Assembly (NCBI GenBank): GCA_000165425.1
Contig: CT868001.1
Coordinates: forward strand, 248,001-295,349
Length of the DNA stretch: 47,349 bases
Reading direction: 5' to 3'
Source of the DNA: Paramecium tetraurelia
Lineage: Eukaryota
The notes under the pieces: generated by a model
What the model saw: the letters and a program-made list of their open reading frames with translations, nothing else
Told to the model about the DNA's origin: nothing
Databases searched by the model: none
Made by a program: the position numbers and the translations under genes
In this document: piece by piece, positions 1-11,348 of the stretch
How the letters are laid out: each line of letters starts with the position of its first letter
How positions within the stretch are numbered: position 1 is the first letter of the stretch

Positions 1-1684
1 TAATCCAGAAATCTTTGAAGTTCCTGCATATGAAACTAAAGACTAATATAGATTTTCTGATTTACAATATTATGTTAAATCTGAAGGATCAGATCTACAG
101 ACATATGCTGCAGCTGATTTGGTTACCTATAATCAAACTAATGCTATTTTGTCAATATTTTAAACCGTCTTTGTATGCATTGTCTTAGCTGTTTCAGCTT
201 TGATGTTCAATAAAGATGTATCTGATTTAGTGATAGATCCAATAGAAGCAATGATGTAGAAAATAGAAATGATAGCAGCAAATCCACTTGAAGCAGTAAA
301 TATAGAAGAATAAGAAGATTTAATAATGGAAGAGTTGGAGAAATCTCAGGATGTGGAAAAATTAAAATAGAAAGAGATAGAGAAGCATATGGAAACCTAT
401 GTCCTCTAAAGATTAATAATGAAAGTAGGTGCTTTGTTAGCTGTTGGATTTGGTGAAGCAGGTTCTGAAATTATAGCTGAAAACATTAAAAAGGGTGGCA
501 GTGTAGATCCCATGATTCCTGGTAAGAAGATTTTGGCAATCTTTGGATTTTGCGATATTAGAAATTTCACTGATGTAATATAAACTATTAACAATATAGG
601 CAACTGAAGTATTATAATAAGGAGTAATGGTTTTTGTAAATGAAATTGCTGAGATTGTTCATTCAACAGTTGATTCTATGAGTGGATCTGCTAATAAAAA
701 TATTGGTGATGCTTTCTTGCTCGTTTGGAAGTATTCACCCAATGATTATCATCCTGATCCTGACAATCCTAGAAACCTGAAATTAAAAACAGAAAAATAC
801 ATTAAGTAAAAGGGAGACATGGCTGTGATGGCATTTCTCAAGATTATAACAGCAATCTCTATCTCCAAAAAGTTGGAGAAGTATAAGAAACATGAGGGAC
901 TTAATGCTAGAATGAAAGACTATTCTGTGAAAATGGGTTTTGGTTTACACATGGGCTGGGGAATTGAAGGAGCTATTGGTTCTGGATTTAAAATTGATGC
1001 TTCATATCTTAGTCCAAATGTTAATATGGCATCAAGATTAGAGGCAGCAACAAAGCAATTTGGAGCTCTTATTCTCGTTAGTGGTATTCTAAAGTAATAT
1101 TTGACTGATGAATGTTAAAAACAGATGAGAATGATTGATATTGTTACTGTGAAAGGAAGTATTGTTCCTTTAGGTATTATATCATATTATTTTAAGAACT
1201 GCATACAGTGGATATGTCTATTAAAAATTTGCAAGCTAAAATCAAGTCTCTAAGGGATAAATTTGATGTTTCCTCGATGACTTAAAAAGAATCAAAGAAA
1301 TTTAGAGTCGTGAATAGATTTAAGAGAGATTAACAGATGAAATAGGTGATGAACAATTAAACTAATATTACTGATCTCTTTGAAAAGGATGACGAATTGT
1401 CAGCTGCTAGAGAACCATACACTTAAGTACAATATTCATTATGATTTTATTATAGTAATTTTATGAGACTTGGAAATAGGGATTTGATTAATACATTAAA
1501 GGAAATTGGGGAGAAGCATAATCAATATTCTAGAAAACCTTAGTAAATCAAATAATTAATAGTTTAGATTATGATACCTGAACATAAGGATGGGCCGTCA
1601 AATACTCTTTTAGAGGTTATTCATTCTTGTGGTGGAAAAGCTCCCAAAGATTGGAAAGGTTTTAGAGAGCTTACAGAAAAATGA
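1..1684 (+). CDS. Class III adenylyl cyclase, 5'-truncated by the window edge; likely the ciliate/apicomplexan ion-channel-cyclase type
   Basis: Code-6 translation gives a TM helix (IFQTVFVCIVLAVSALMF), then IFGFCDIRNFTDATE, SANKNIGDAFLLVWK, GFGLHMGWGIEGAIGSGFKIDASYLSPNVNMASRLEAATK and a C-terminal DWKGFRELTEK before TGA at 1682-1684. Tiny GT-AG introns are present, e.g. 575-599. Confidence 0.92.
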
Positions 1685-1742
1685 TCAACAAATCTTTATT
1701 TGTCTTCAAAATTTATTAATTTAATTAAATAAAAATAATATC

Positions 1743-1749
1743 AAAAAAA
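1743..1749 (-). terminator. Pol III oligo-T terminator of the tRNA-like gene
   Basis: Seven A on the + strand give T7 directly after the discriminator base on the minus strand. Confidence 0.7.
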
Positions 1750-1821
1750 GCGGACCGAAAGGGGTCGAACCTTCACTTCCAAATTAGGAGCTTGGCGTAT
1801 TACCAGCAATACTGCAGTCCG
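1750..1821 (-). tRNA. Atypical tRNA or tRNA-like gene, anticodon CCT (nominally Arg, codon AGG)
   Basis: Minus strand reads CGGACTG CA GTAT TGCTGGTA ATAC G CCAAG CTCCTAA TTTGG AAGT GAAGG TTCGACC CCTTT CGGTCCG C. All four stems pair (some G-U) and the B-box GGTTCGACCCC is intact. C8, T14 and C73 are non-canonical. Confidence 0.8.
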
Positions 1822-1881
1822 TATTTAGAAATATTAAAGGCAGAGATGATTGTATACTAAATGATGATGCAAAATTAAATA

Positions 1882-3015
1882 TCAATTTATGTGATAAAAG
1901 GACATTTGATATATTTCAACTTCATCATCAGATCCAATTAATATGAATTGTTTGAAAGAAAGCTGCATGTTAGACATAAAAAATCTGGAGCCATTCAATT
2001 GTTTTGATATTTCTATATAAATACTGTTATCAGCATAATCATAAAAACTAAGGGTTCCATCAAAATGCATCATACAAATTTCAAATTCTTCACTTTAATT
2101 CTATGATATATCACATTTTTTTGGTTCTATATCAAATGCTGTAATCATTGATTTGTTATTATTTTGATACTTAATGACATTCCATTTCTTTAATCCATTA
2201 TCTTCTATTTCAAAATACTATAACATTTCTCCATTCTATATTGGAACCATCAAGTTGGCCTTATTGTGTTAAAAATATAATTTAGGAGGTGAAGTTATTC
2301 TATTAATGTTGTGAACATGATGCTGAATGTTAAAAAAGAGATCAATTGATAAGATTGAAATAATTCCGTTGTAAGATGTCAATGCTATGAAATATTTTTA
2401 ATTCTGAGTTGAAATGTCATTGAATATAATGAGTTGTTCAAAAGTGAATTCTTGCAATAATCTAATTTATTTATTTTTGATATCAATCTCAAAGAGTCCA
2501 ACACTTAAGTCATTGAATCCTACGATTAAGATTATAACTTCCAATAAGTATCTTGAATTCATCCAGATTATTCTCTTTGTGATTTATATATTGATGTTTA
2601 TCTCCTTGGATTGATCATCAAATAATTTGATCTGTTACCCATTCTTTCCACTGCTAACCACTAAAATTCCAGTGCTCAAAGGTAATATCCTTTAAGTATT
2701 TTAGAACTCATTTGGTAAAGGGAATGCAGTTAAACATTCTAATGGACATTAATATTTTGTCAAATCAATGCATAATTATTAATGAACAAAATCTGGCTAC
2801 TTAAGTTCAATAGTAAATATTTGTTAGCCTCCGATGTATACAAAACACTCACCTTCAATAAATTAATCTTCATCAATTGAATCTTTGTGTTAAGATACAG
2901 TCTCTTCTTAAACCAAACCACTTGCATATTGTGGGTAAACAATTCTCTATATAGAATATCGATTAGTGCCATTATGAGAATAATGTTAGAATTGAGTTAA
3001 ATTTCGACTTTCCAT
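1882..3015 (-). CDS. Hypothetical protein, 377 aa, beta-strand rich (possible degenerate beta-propeller)
   Basis: Continuous code-6 ORF of 1134 nt from MESRNLTQFQHYSHNG to EIYQMSFYHIN-TGA. Strand-like repeats include LIVGFNDLSVGLFEI, ALTSYNGIISILSI and MMHFDGTLSFYDY. Confidence 0.75.
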
Positions 3016-3363
3016 GGATAATAAAATAACAAATTGTAAAAAATTTTATTATGAAATGACTAGATAGTTGTATGAATATCTAAATACTTTTTAACAATCA
3101 GTAAACGAATAAGTAATAATAACCCATTGAGATTAAACTAAAAATATTAATCAATAACTAAATCGTCACACATATAGAAAACAAAAAATAACCTATAATG
3201 GAATTCCACAATTTGAAGTTAATTTGAAAAATAAAAAATTCTTAAATTATGCATGAGAATATCACAGTAAAATTTATAGCTACAATTAAACACTCTTTTC
3301 ACTTTTCTTTGAAATGATTATTTCTTTAATTCATAATTAATTTTATTCAAATATATTTATAAA

Positions 3364-4912
3364 ATGCCAACTTCGGTTAATGCAATTGAAAAGGCTAATG
3401 TATTGAGAAAGGAGTTTTTGGAAATAGAAATAAATCATGACGAATTGTTATCTATTGAATAATTTTATAGATGCTTAGATAAGAAAGTATAATCTGCTAC
3501 AAAATTTAGTTGAGAAGACAATTTGATAGAGAATTAGGAGATCAATTATATTAAAGAATGAACAAAAGTTTTAACAATAAAGTCACGGTGGATGAATTTA
3601 TTAAAGTGTTTCTCCAAGCGGAGGAGATCTTAAAGAATAAAATCGAAGGTTGTAAAAAGCAGATTTTAGATTATAATAAATAAAGAAAATATGTATCAAA
3701 CTAATTTGATGTATTTATTATCAATAAAGAATTAAGTCAATAAAAGATAGTGAAAGAGTTAATTAATATGGGATAAAAGAGGACAGTTATTTGACAGTTG
3801 AATTGTTAGAAGGAGTCAATTTTCCAGCTTAAAATGTATCAGTAATTTTAAAATTGGAAAATTAAAAATAAGAAATTCAACAGCAAAATGGGCCATCTCC
3901 ATAATGGAACAAAACGCTTAATTTGTATCTTTTTTCTTTATGTTAGTAAAATTTCAACTGGCCTTGAAGAATTATAATTATTCTTCTATACCATAAATCA
4001 TCCTAACATACCACAATTATTAGGAACTGTGACTTTATCATTATCACATTTAACCAATCAAACTAAAATTGAAGATTGCTGTCAGTTATTTAATAAAAAT
4101 GGATAGCAAACTTAGACCAAAATTAAATTGAGATCACAATGGATTTTTAATGAATCTAAATCGTTATGCCATTAAATTGAAGTTTGCAATGACTAAATCA
4201 AAACTGCCTAAGATGACTTAATTGATTTTGAAAAAGATCTTGCAACTCTATATGAACCCTTTCCAAATTATGTTTAATTAATTCGAAGTATTGAGAAGGA
4301 AGATCTAGCCATTAACCATTAACCTCCAAATACATTAGTGATGACCCCAATTAATAATGTTAGCTCTTAATATGATTACAAATTATACACTCGATTAAGT
4401 ATATTAGTTGTAATGGGACTTAGTGTATTCATTTGCTTTGGCAAATCTTAGTTTTTGGATGTAAATATTAATACCTAACACCTATATAGTTGGTTATTTG
4501 CTTTTTCTTCATCATTGAATTTGAATTCAATAGACTTTACAAATAGCGTTTGATATATTATTCTATAGCTGTGGGGATTTCATTGTTATGTGATTTGGTA
4601 TGGGCAATCAAGTACTCCAGAGGATTTTGGGGTAGTGAAGACTCTGAAACTGATAAATACTATGTCATCGAGAAAGGTCCCAACAGATTAGCCTTGATTT
4701 TACTTTTTGTGTCTTTCATATTTAAAGTAAACTCTAGGATACTATCATAGCTAATTTTATGTGCTCTTTTAGGAGCATTAAGTCAAGATATGCCTGAACA
4801 ATTGGAGGAACAACTACCAAACAAAAACAAATCAACAAAATAATAATCATTCTATTCAAAAAATAAGACTGCTTAATTTGGTGAGGATAATAGTACATTT
4901 TACAATTATTGA
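3364..4912 (+). CDS. Degenerate EF-hand, coiled-coil, C2-like domain and C-terminal multi-TM membrane protein
   Basis: Starts MPTSVNAIEKANVLRKEF. EF-like loops EINHDELLSIEQF and NKSFNNKVTVDEF. C2-like YLTVELLEGVNF, SPQWNKTLNF and LLGTVTLSLSHL. Hydrophobic helices at about 4400-4775. Several tiny introns; TGA at 4910-4912. Confidence 0.8.
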
Positions 4913-5122
4913 TTTGATTTCTTTATTATTAAAAATGTAATTTAATTATGAAATATCTAAAGAAAGAAGGGTATTATTGAATCCTTGGGAAACTCAAAAA
5001 TTAATTTTATAATATTTCACTAACACTATAATTAAGGGTATAATGAAATAGGGAAACTCAAATTAATTATTTATATATTTGTGATTTATTTAGAGAAAAT
5101 AATATTTGTTTAATTAAATTTA

Positions 5123-6339
5123 ATGTTCATACCATACAAAAAGAATAAAGGTTATAAAATCCCTGTAATATTTGAATTCGGGCAATAAAATACAAGAGTT
5201 GGATATGCAGGAACTGATGGACCAGAAGTAGTTTTACCATCTGATTTATTAATGGATAGTGAGGGAAATATGAAATTTATTGAGTAAAATAGCACATATC
5301 AACCTATTGGATTTGATGTTAAGAATATCCTGTAAGGAGGGTAGATAGTTGATTTCGATATATGGAAAGAATATGTAGAACACATCCTAAATAATGTTTT
5401 ATTTTAAGAAAGACATTTCCCATTTTTCTTTGTTGAAAATGGAAATGTTAAAAAAGAAACCAGAAATAAAATCATCGAAATGCTCTTTGAAGAAATCGAT
5501 GTTTCTTCTGTATTTTTCCACAAAAACACGATGTTGGCATAATATATAGTAGGAAAAGACAATGTATTAGTAGTTGATTGTGGAGCATCTCACACAACAA
5601 TTACACCTATATTGGATGGAAATGTCATAGAAAAGGGTAATCTTAATTTAATTTCTTTAAGGTGTTTTTAGAGGAGATATAGGAGGTGAGTATATAACAA
5701 ATAAATTATACGATATTTGGAAATAGTAAGGATTAGCATTTTCTAGATTTAAAAACTATAGTCAACTCTCACCCTCTCTTTAAATGTATGGAGATTTGGA
5801 GATAGTTAGAGAAATCAAGCATTAGTGTGTTAAACTATATGATTAACCTATAGAGAACTTGTAATTTTAAATATTTACTAATTTATAGAAAATTTAATCC
5901 AACTGTCGATAATTAAGCATATGAATTGCCAGACCAAAATAAATTGTTGATATCTGAAGAGATGTACAAGTATCCAGAATTTCTATATGAACCAACTGAA
6001 TTTTTTGAAGGGATGGATAAAGCCTTGGAAACAAGTTTAGAGAAAATTGATTCCGATTATAGAAAAGAACTAGTTCAAAATGTTGTTTTGATTGGAGGAG
6101 CTAGTTGCACAGTTAACATGGTAGAAAGATTTTAAAGAACTATCAATAATCTCAAAATCTTTGGGTTATCTTCAAGAAGCAAAGTGCAAACTCTCCCTAA
6201 ATATTTTGATCGTTAACATGCTTCCTGGATAGGTGCTTCAATCGTTGCAAGTTCTTAAATTTATGATCAATGGACTTTAAATAAATCAGACTATGATGAA
6301 CACGGATCCTCTCTAATAGAAAAAAAGATGTTTTATTGA
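5123..6339 (+). CDS. Actin-related protein, ARP4/BAF53-like
   Basis: VIFEFGQQNTRVGYAGTDGP, IEMLFEEIDV, LVVDCGASHTTITPILDG, YELPDQ, QNVVLIGGASC, SWIGASIVAS and KSDYDEHGSSLIEKKMFY-TGA; two tiny introns. The subfamily assignment is inference. Confidence 0.88.
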
Positions 6340-6527
6340 TAATAAATTATCATTATTTATTGATATTATTTTAAGTTTAAATTCATTTTATTAATATTTA
6401 TATATCTAATTAATTCAAATTATGATAGAGTATAATGAAATACTTTTATTTTACTAGTTAAAATATTAATATAGATGATAAAATATTTGAAGAGTTACGA
6501 TTTATAATTTTCACTTAATTAATTAAT

Positions 6528-8024
6528 TCATTTTTTCTTTAATGTTGAGGAATTGTTTGTAGCAGTCTATTTGGATGGTTATTTAGTTTATGGCTATTTG
6601 ACTTAAACTGTTTGTTTTTTTACAGACTGTGTCTATGCTTACGTAATTGAAGGATTATCGAAAGTTACCTTAATAACTTTTCCTTCATTCTATTCATCAT
6701 CTTTATCGAACTATAGATCATCTTAATAAATTGAGAGTATTACCTTGTTATACTAATTTCGATATTGACATATTTATACTCTAATTTTCAGGAATTTCTG
6801 ATAACTATTTAATTCCAACAATTGGGGCATCTTTCCAACGATGATCGTTTGTTTCTAATCGATTTTGTTGATGATAAATTATATTTTTAGGAGGTGAATG
6901 CTATCTCTACCAATGATCTTTGCTTTCATTTAAATTCAATGTTTCATTTAATTAATTAAATTATTATGGTTAATGAAGTGTTGATTATTATTACTATGTA
7001 GTAGATTATTAACAGGGATTCATTAATAAATTAGTGGCTAAGGAATCCAATTCCATTTATTGAGAAGATCCATTCAAAACATTCATGGCTTCGAAATTCA
7101 GAGCACAGACTCCTCTCATAAAGGCTCTCTTTAGATTTTCTTACATCGATAATTTAACTTTATTAGCTTCATCTAGTTAAGATGTGGCTTCCAATAATTT
7201 CTATTCCAATAATTGCTATTCTTTTTTAAATTTAGCCATCAATAAATCAACATCACTTTAATGAGACAATTTTAATTTTTCAGATTAATTAATTCTAATT
7301 TGAGTGTTGAACTACTTTTTCCATAGATTAAATATCCATCTTTACAAATATAACTTGTAATGCTTTGTTCCTTTTTTTTAATTCTATTATAGCTATATAT
7401 TTATTACATGCTTCTTCTTTATTGACTATTTTGTATATTATTTTAAACTATTAAAGACATTTAATAAAACTGACAATCTTCTTTTTGTATTCTTCATTTT
7501 ACCACAATATTATGCTATTTTTTCTGATCTCTCAGTAATCTAATTGCAAATTCTCATTTATTCTGCCAATTATTCTTTTGTTTGAGACAATTCATTATTT
7601 TTTAATTCGTACATCTACAAATACTTTTCAGTGTCTAGTTTAATTGTTTATTTTTAATCCTCCAACATAGATCTCTTCATAGCCATAAATTCACTTGTGG
7701 CCTCTGTTTTAAAAACATTTAAAATATGTTCTAATCTAATTTTAAATTATTCAGTGTCCTCATCAATTATTTGAGGAGCATGATTTCTAGATTTGCTAAC
7801 ATTTTTTTTTGCTTCCTCATTATTAGGCACAAAATTTTCTATTATAGTTTAGGAATCTAACCTTTGTTCCAAGGATTTGTCACACATTTGCTAGCAGTAA
7901 TTTCAGATTCAGTCTTTGAAGGACTTGGAGAAGGCTATCTTACTTATTCATTTTTGGTTTGTTTCCACTTTTGACTTAATTTACTAAAATCACACAGATC
8001 ATCCAAATCGTTTACGAAACTCAT
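6528..8024 (-). CDS. POC5: Centriole/basal-body protein POC5 homologue
   Basis: Coiled-coil protein containing ENLKRAFMRGVCALNFEAMNVL (about 7076-7140), which matches the conserved POC5 box as I recall it (AFMRGVCALNLEAM). An Sfi1-like segment LQRWIFNLWKK precedes it. Introns at about 7839-7861 and 6722-6743. Confidence 0.85.
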
Positions 8025-8330
8025 TCAAATTTGAATTATTAACTATTAAAATTATAATAAACAAATAGTTAATATTAATATTCTATCCTGCTGCTTACTT
8101 ACTAACTCTCAAATGTTCTAACTAGATTTTGATTATTAGTTGATTTTGATTATAATTGAGCTATCCTACGTCTACATAAATAAATTAGACTAAATGTAGA
8201 TGTTCGTAAAGATAAAAATCTTGAAGGTTAAGATATTTATACAAATATAATTTTTTATGATAATATTCATTAAAATATGTTTGTTAATTTTAGAATAATT
8301 ATTAAAATATGAATTAATATGAATGATTCA

Positions 8331-10353
8331 TCAATTAAATAAAAAGTTGACTTCATAATTTGGCTTATCAAATCCAACAACCCCAAGATATGAATTACTA
8401 GTTAATGATCTTTATATCATAATTAATTCTAACTCCTAGCTTTAGTTCCCACTTTTTTTCAAAACATGGCTATACTTTTATAATTATTCAATTGTTAATT
8501 CAGCTTGTTTATTAAGTATCAAAGTTATGTATTCTTGCATAATTTTTTAATTCTAAATGTGATATTGATGTAATAAGGTATTTAATTCGTCAAAATCAGA
8601 TTCGTATTCAATTAATTTTACTTACACCATTCTAACCAACTCTTAGTATGCTTCCTCTTTATACCCAACTTTAAAGTAATCAATAAATCCCAATAATTTT
8701 AATGCTTCCTAAATATTAAATTAATTCCTTTGTATTTTTCTATCTAATTTTTTCCCTGCTTCATATCTAATATTCTCTAATTTAGTATTAATCAAGACAT
8801 CTTGGAGTCCATCTGAATTCTCAATAAATTTCTAAAATAAAGAACTTACTATAAATAAATCATAATATGTTTGAAAACTATTTTTTAATTCATAATTTGG
8901 ATTGCTCAGTATTTCATAAATCTTAGTACATAATATTATTAATGCCTTTTAGATGCCAAAATCAACATTTTCATCCAAACGTTCTAATTTGTTGTAAAAT
9001 ATTGAATTATATAAAATAACTTTTGTCACTTCAAATAATTTCTCTTATTTGTAATTATTTAAATATTTAAATTAAAAGTTATTTTTTTCATAATTGCATA
9101 AATCTTGGAATAAATCAAAATTGAAATGACCTTTAATACTGAAATTGTACAGAATCTAAAATTTAATTGTAAATGATTCATCAATTGTTATGTTTTTGAT
9201 AGCCTTATAGATAGTTGTTAGATCCTATGGTGATAAAGGATTAATCTTTAACAAAGATTAAAATACAAGGGTTATCTCTCCTAAATAAAAATGAGTGTCA
9301 ACCAATTATATGACTTATAAGAATTCAGCGGTAATTCTATTCCACAATTCATCCAATCTAATTTCCATTATTGCTAGGCTCTTCGCTAATTAAGCTAATT
9401 GCTAAATTGTGAAAGTGAATGAACTAATGTTATTGACAAATTATATAACAACTTCACTTCTCTTCTTGTACTTTATGAGAGCCAAATGCTCAATAATCAT
9501 CAAATAATTTTCGAGAGTTAAGACATTATAATTTTCACCAAAGAATTCTTCTATATCCAATATAGAATCCAATTCTGTTTAGAGTTTATTTTAATACTAA
9601 ATTTGATTAATAATATTATACCTTAATTATAGTGACGAAGTACTTCATTATTGTATCGAACTTTAGGAGTTTAAAATGTCTCTTAAGAATCTTCCTTACA
9701 TGAATAAGTTACGATTAAGTGATAGTGTGATTATATTCAATTTAAGCTGCTAAAATAAATGTTTATGCTAAAATTTCTAATGGCTCCTCATTTTTGGTCA
9801 ATTCGAATTCTTTTTCTATGTACTACCCTATTTCATTCAATTATTTTGCAAGCAATCTCAGAGAATCAATAGACAAAAACTAAAGTTTTTTATTGATAAT
9901 TAATATCTGTTCAAGACATTCAACCTTAGTAAATGACAATTTTTTGTTAGAAATTAAGAAATCTATGTGTTATAGATAATCTGAGTTTTTCAGAAGTATA
10001 AATTGCTTTGCTCTAATTAAACCATCCAAACAATAGACAACTTCCTCTTCTCTTAATTAATCTCTTCGAAATTGTAAAAATGCACTGATTTAAAAATGAT
10101 CATTTCCGATTTTTGATTCTAATATTTAGTAAATATTAGGTGTATAGGTTTATTGAATAACCTTTTTCCTTCCATTCTCTTTAACTACCATACTTTTTAC
10201 AATATTTGAATAAAATTGATCAAAATTGGCTATGTCTTCTTTTGTCAATTCTGGATTTGTAATTAAATCCAATTTAGTTGTAGTAGCTTTAGTAGCTTCC
10301 TAAATACCTTGTTTTTTAAAAAGCTTTACAGATCCAAAAAAATACTTAATCAT
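8331..10353 (-). CDS. Alpha-helical repeat protein, about 665 aa, possibly mitochondrial RNA-binding (FASTK/HPR-like)
   Basis: Code-6 ORF from MIKYFFGSVKLFKKQG to NYEVNFLFN-TGA with one 25-nt intron (9597-9621). Basic N-terminus; repeats such as FTISQLAQLAKSLAIMEIRLDELWNRI and LSPQDLTTIYKAI. The family assignment is inference. Confidence 0.7.
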
Positions 10354-10499
10354 TATTAAAATTAATATGTTTCATTGAGATGTATTAAGGACAAGTACTT
10401 AAATTATATTTTTTCATATCAATTTGTACTATCCCTGATGAACATAATGATATAAAATAAGAAAAGTACTTAAAACTATATATATATTAATATAATTTT

Positions 10500-11267
10500 A
10501 TGAGATATTTGTAAGTCAAAAGCAAAATATTTTAAATGTATCTAAGAGGACTGCGAGGGTTTTTCCAACCCTAAGATACAACAGTGAATAAGAGAAAAAT
10601 GAGAATGTTTTTAAGTCTTTTGTTTTCATTATATTCATATGGATGGATTTAACATAATTGGTTGAAACATGTAATTTTTAGACTTCAACAAAGGAATTTG
10701 ATATTAGAAAATAACCAAACTTTTTGATTCCAATTTGGGTTTATCATGCTAGAAGAGAGCATTATATATATTACGAACAATCAAGATTGGCTAGAGGATT
10801 GACTACTACATTCTCGTATTATGATTGGGATCCAGTTTCATAGATGGTTTGCTATACAGATAAACAAGGTAAACAAAAATTTGAGAAAAGCATTTTCAAT
10901 AGAGAGAGACTTGATATTATTGATAATGCTCTTTTTGAGGAGATTTTTAGGGGAGAAATGACGTCAGAAAAAATAAAACGAGGATCACTATTGGTAGCCT
11001 ACGAATTGAATTGCAAGAATAGATTTGATTTAGATGTATTATGTCATTACCATTTAGAATTATTTACATTACAAACCTATAAACCCTATGGATTTTATTA
11101 GAGGGCTGCATTTTTAATTTTATGTCCAATTAGGATTGACAAACTAGTATCGATATGATCATTTCATATCTAAACCTGATTGGCTGTATGAATGGGAGTA
11201 ATGGAAGATTGAATTAAATGGAATGGATCGATTAAATTATTTTAATAAATTCGTCTCATAGAAATGA
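10500..11267 (+). CDS. Hypothetical aromatic-rich protein with apparent frameshift(s); start uncertain
   Basis: Protein-like frame FLIPIWVYHARREHYIYYEQSRLARGL...YKPYGFYQRAAF. It continues as QFYVQLGLTNQYRYDHFISKPDWLYEWEQWK...SQK-TGA only after a 1-nt shift in the T run at about 11111-11115. Confidence 0.5.
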
Positions 11268-11348
11268 AATAGAGAAAACTCAGCTAAGATAATTGTTAAT
11301 TGATTTTTATCTTTTAAAATAATCAATATTCTATAATATCAATAATTT

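Noticed and set aside
1750..1821. AGG codon reassignment implied by the odd tRNA
   Set aside because: AGG falls at expected Arg positions, e.g. AIRYL in dynein and LKRKF in the Hsp70.
2760..2972. Track ORF MALIDILYRELF
   Set aside because: It is an off-frame reading. The real code-6 frame runs continuously from 3015 to 1882.
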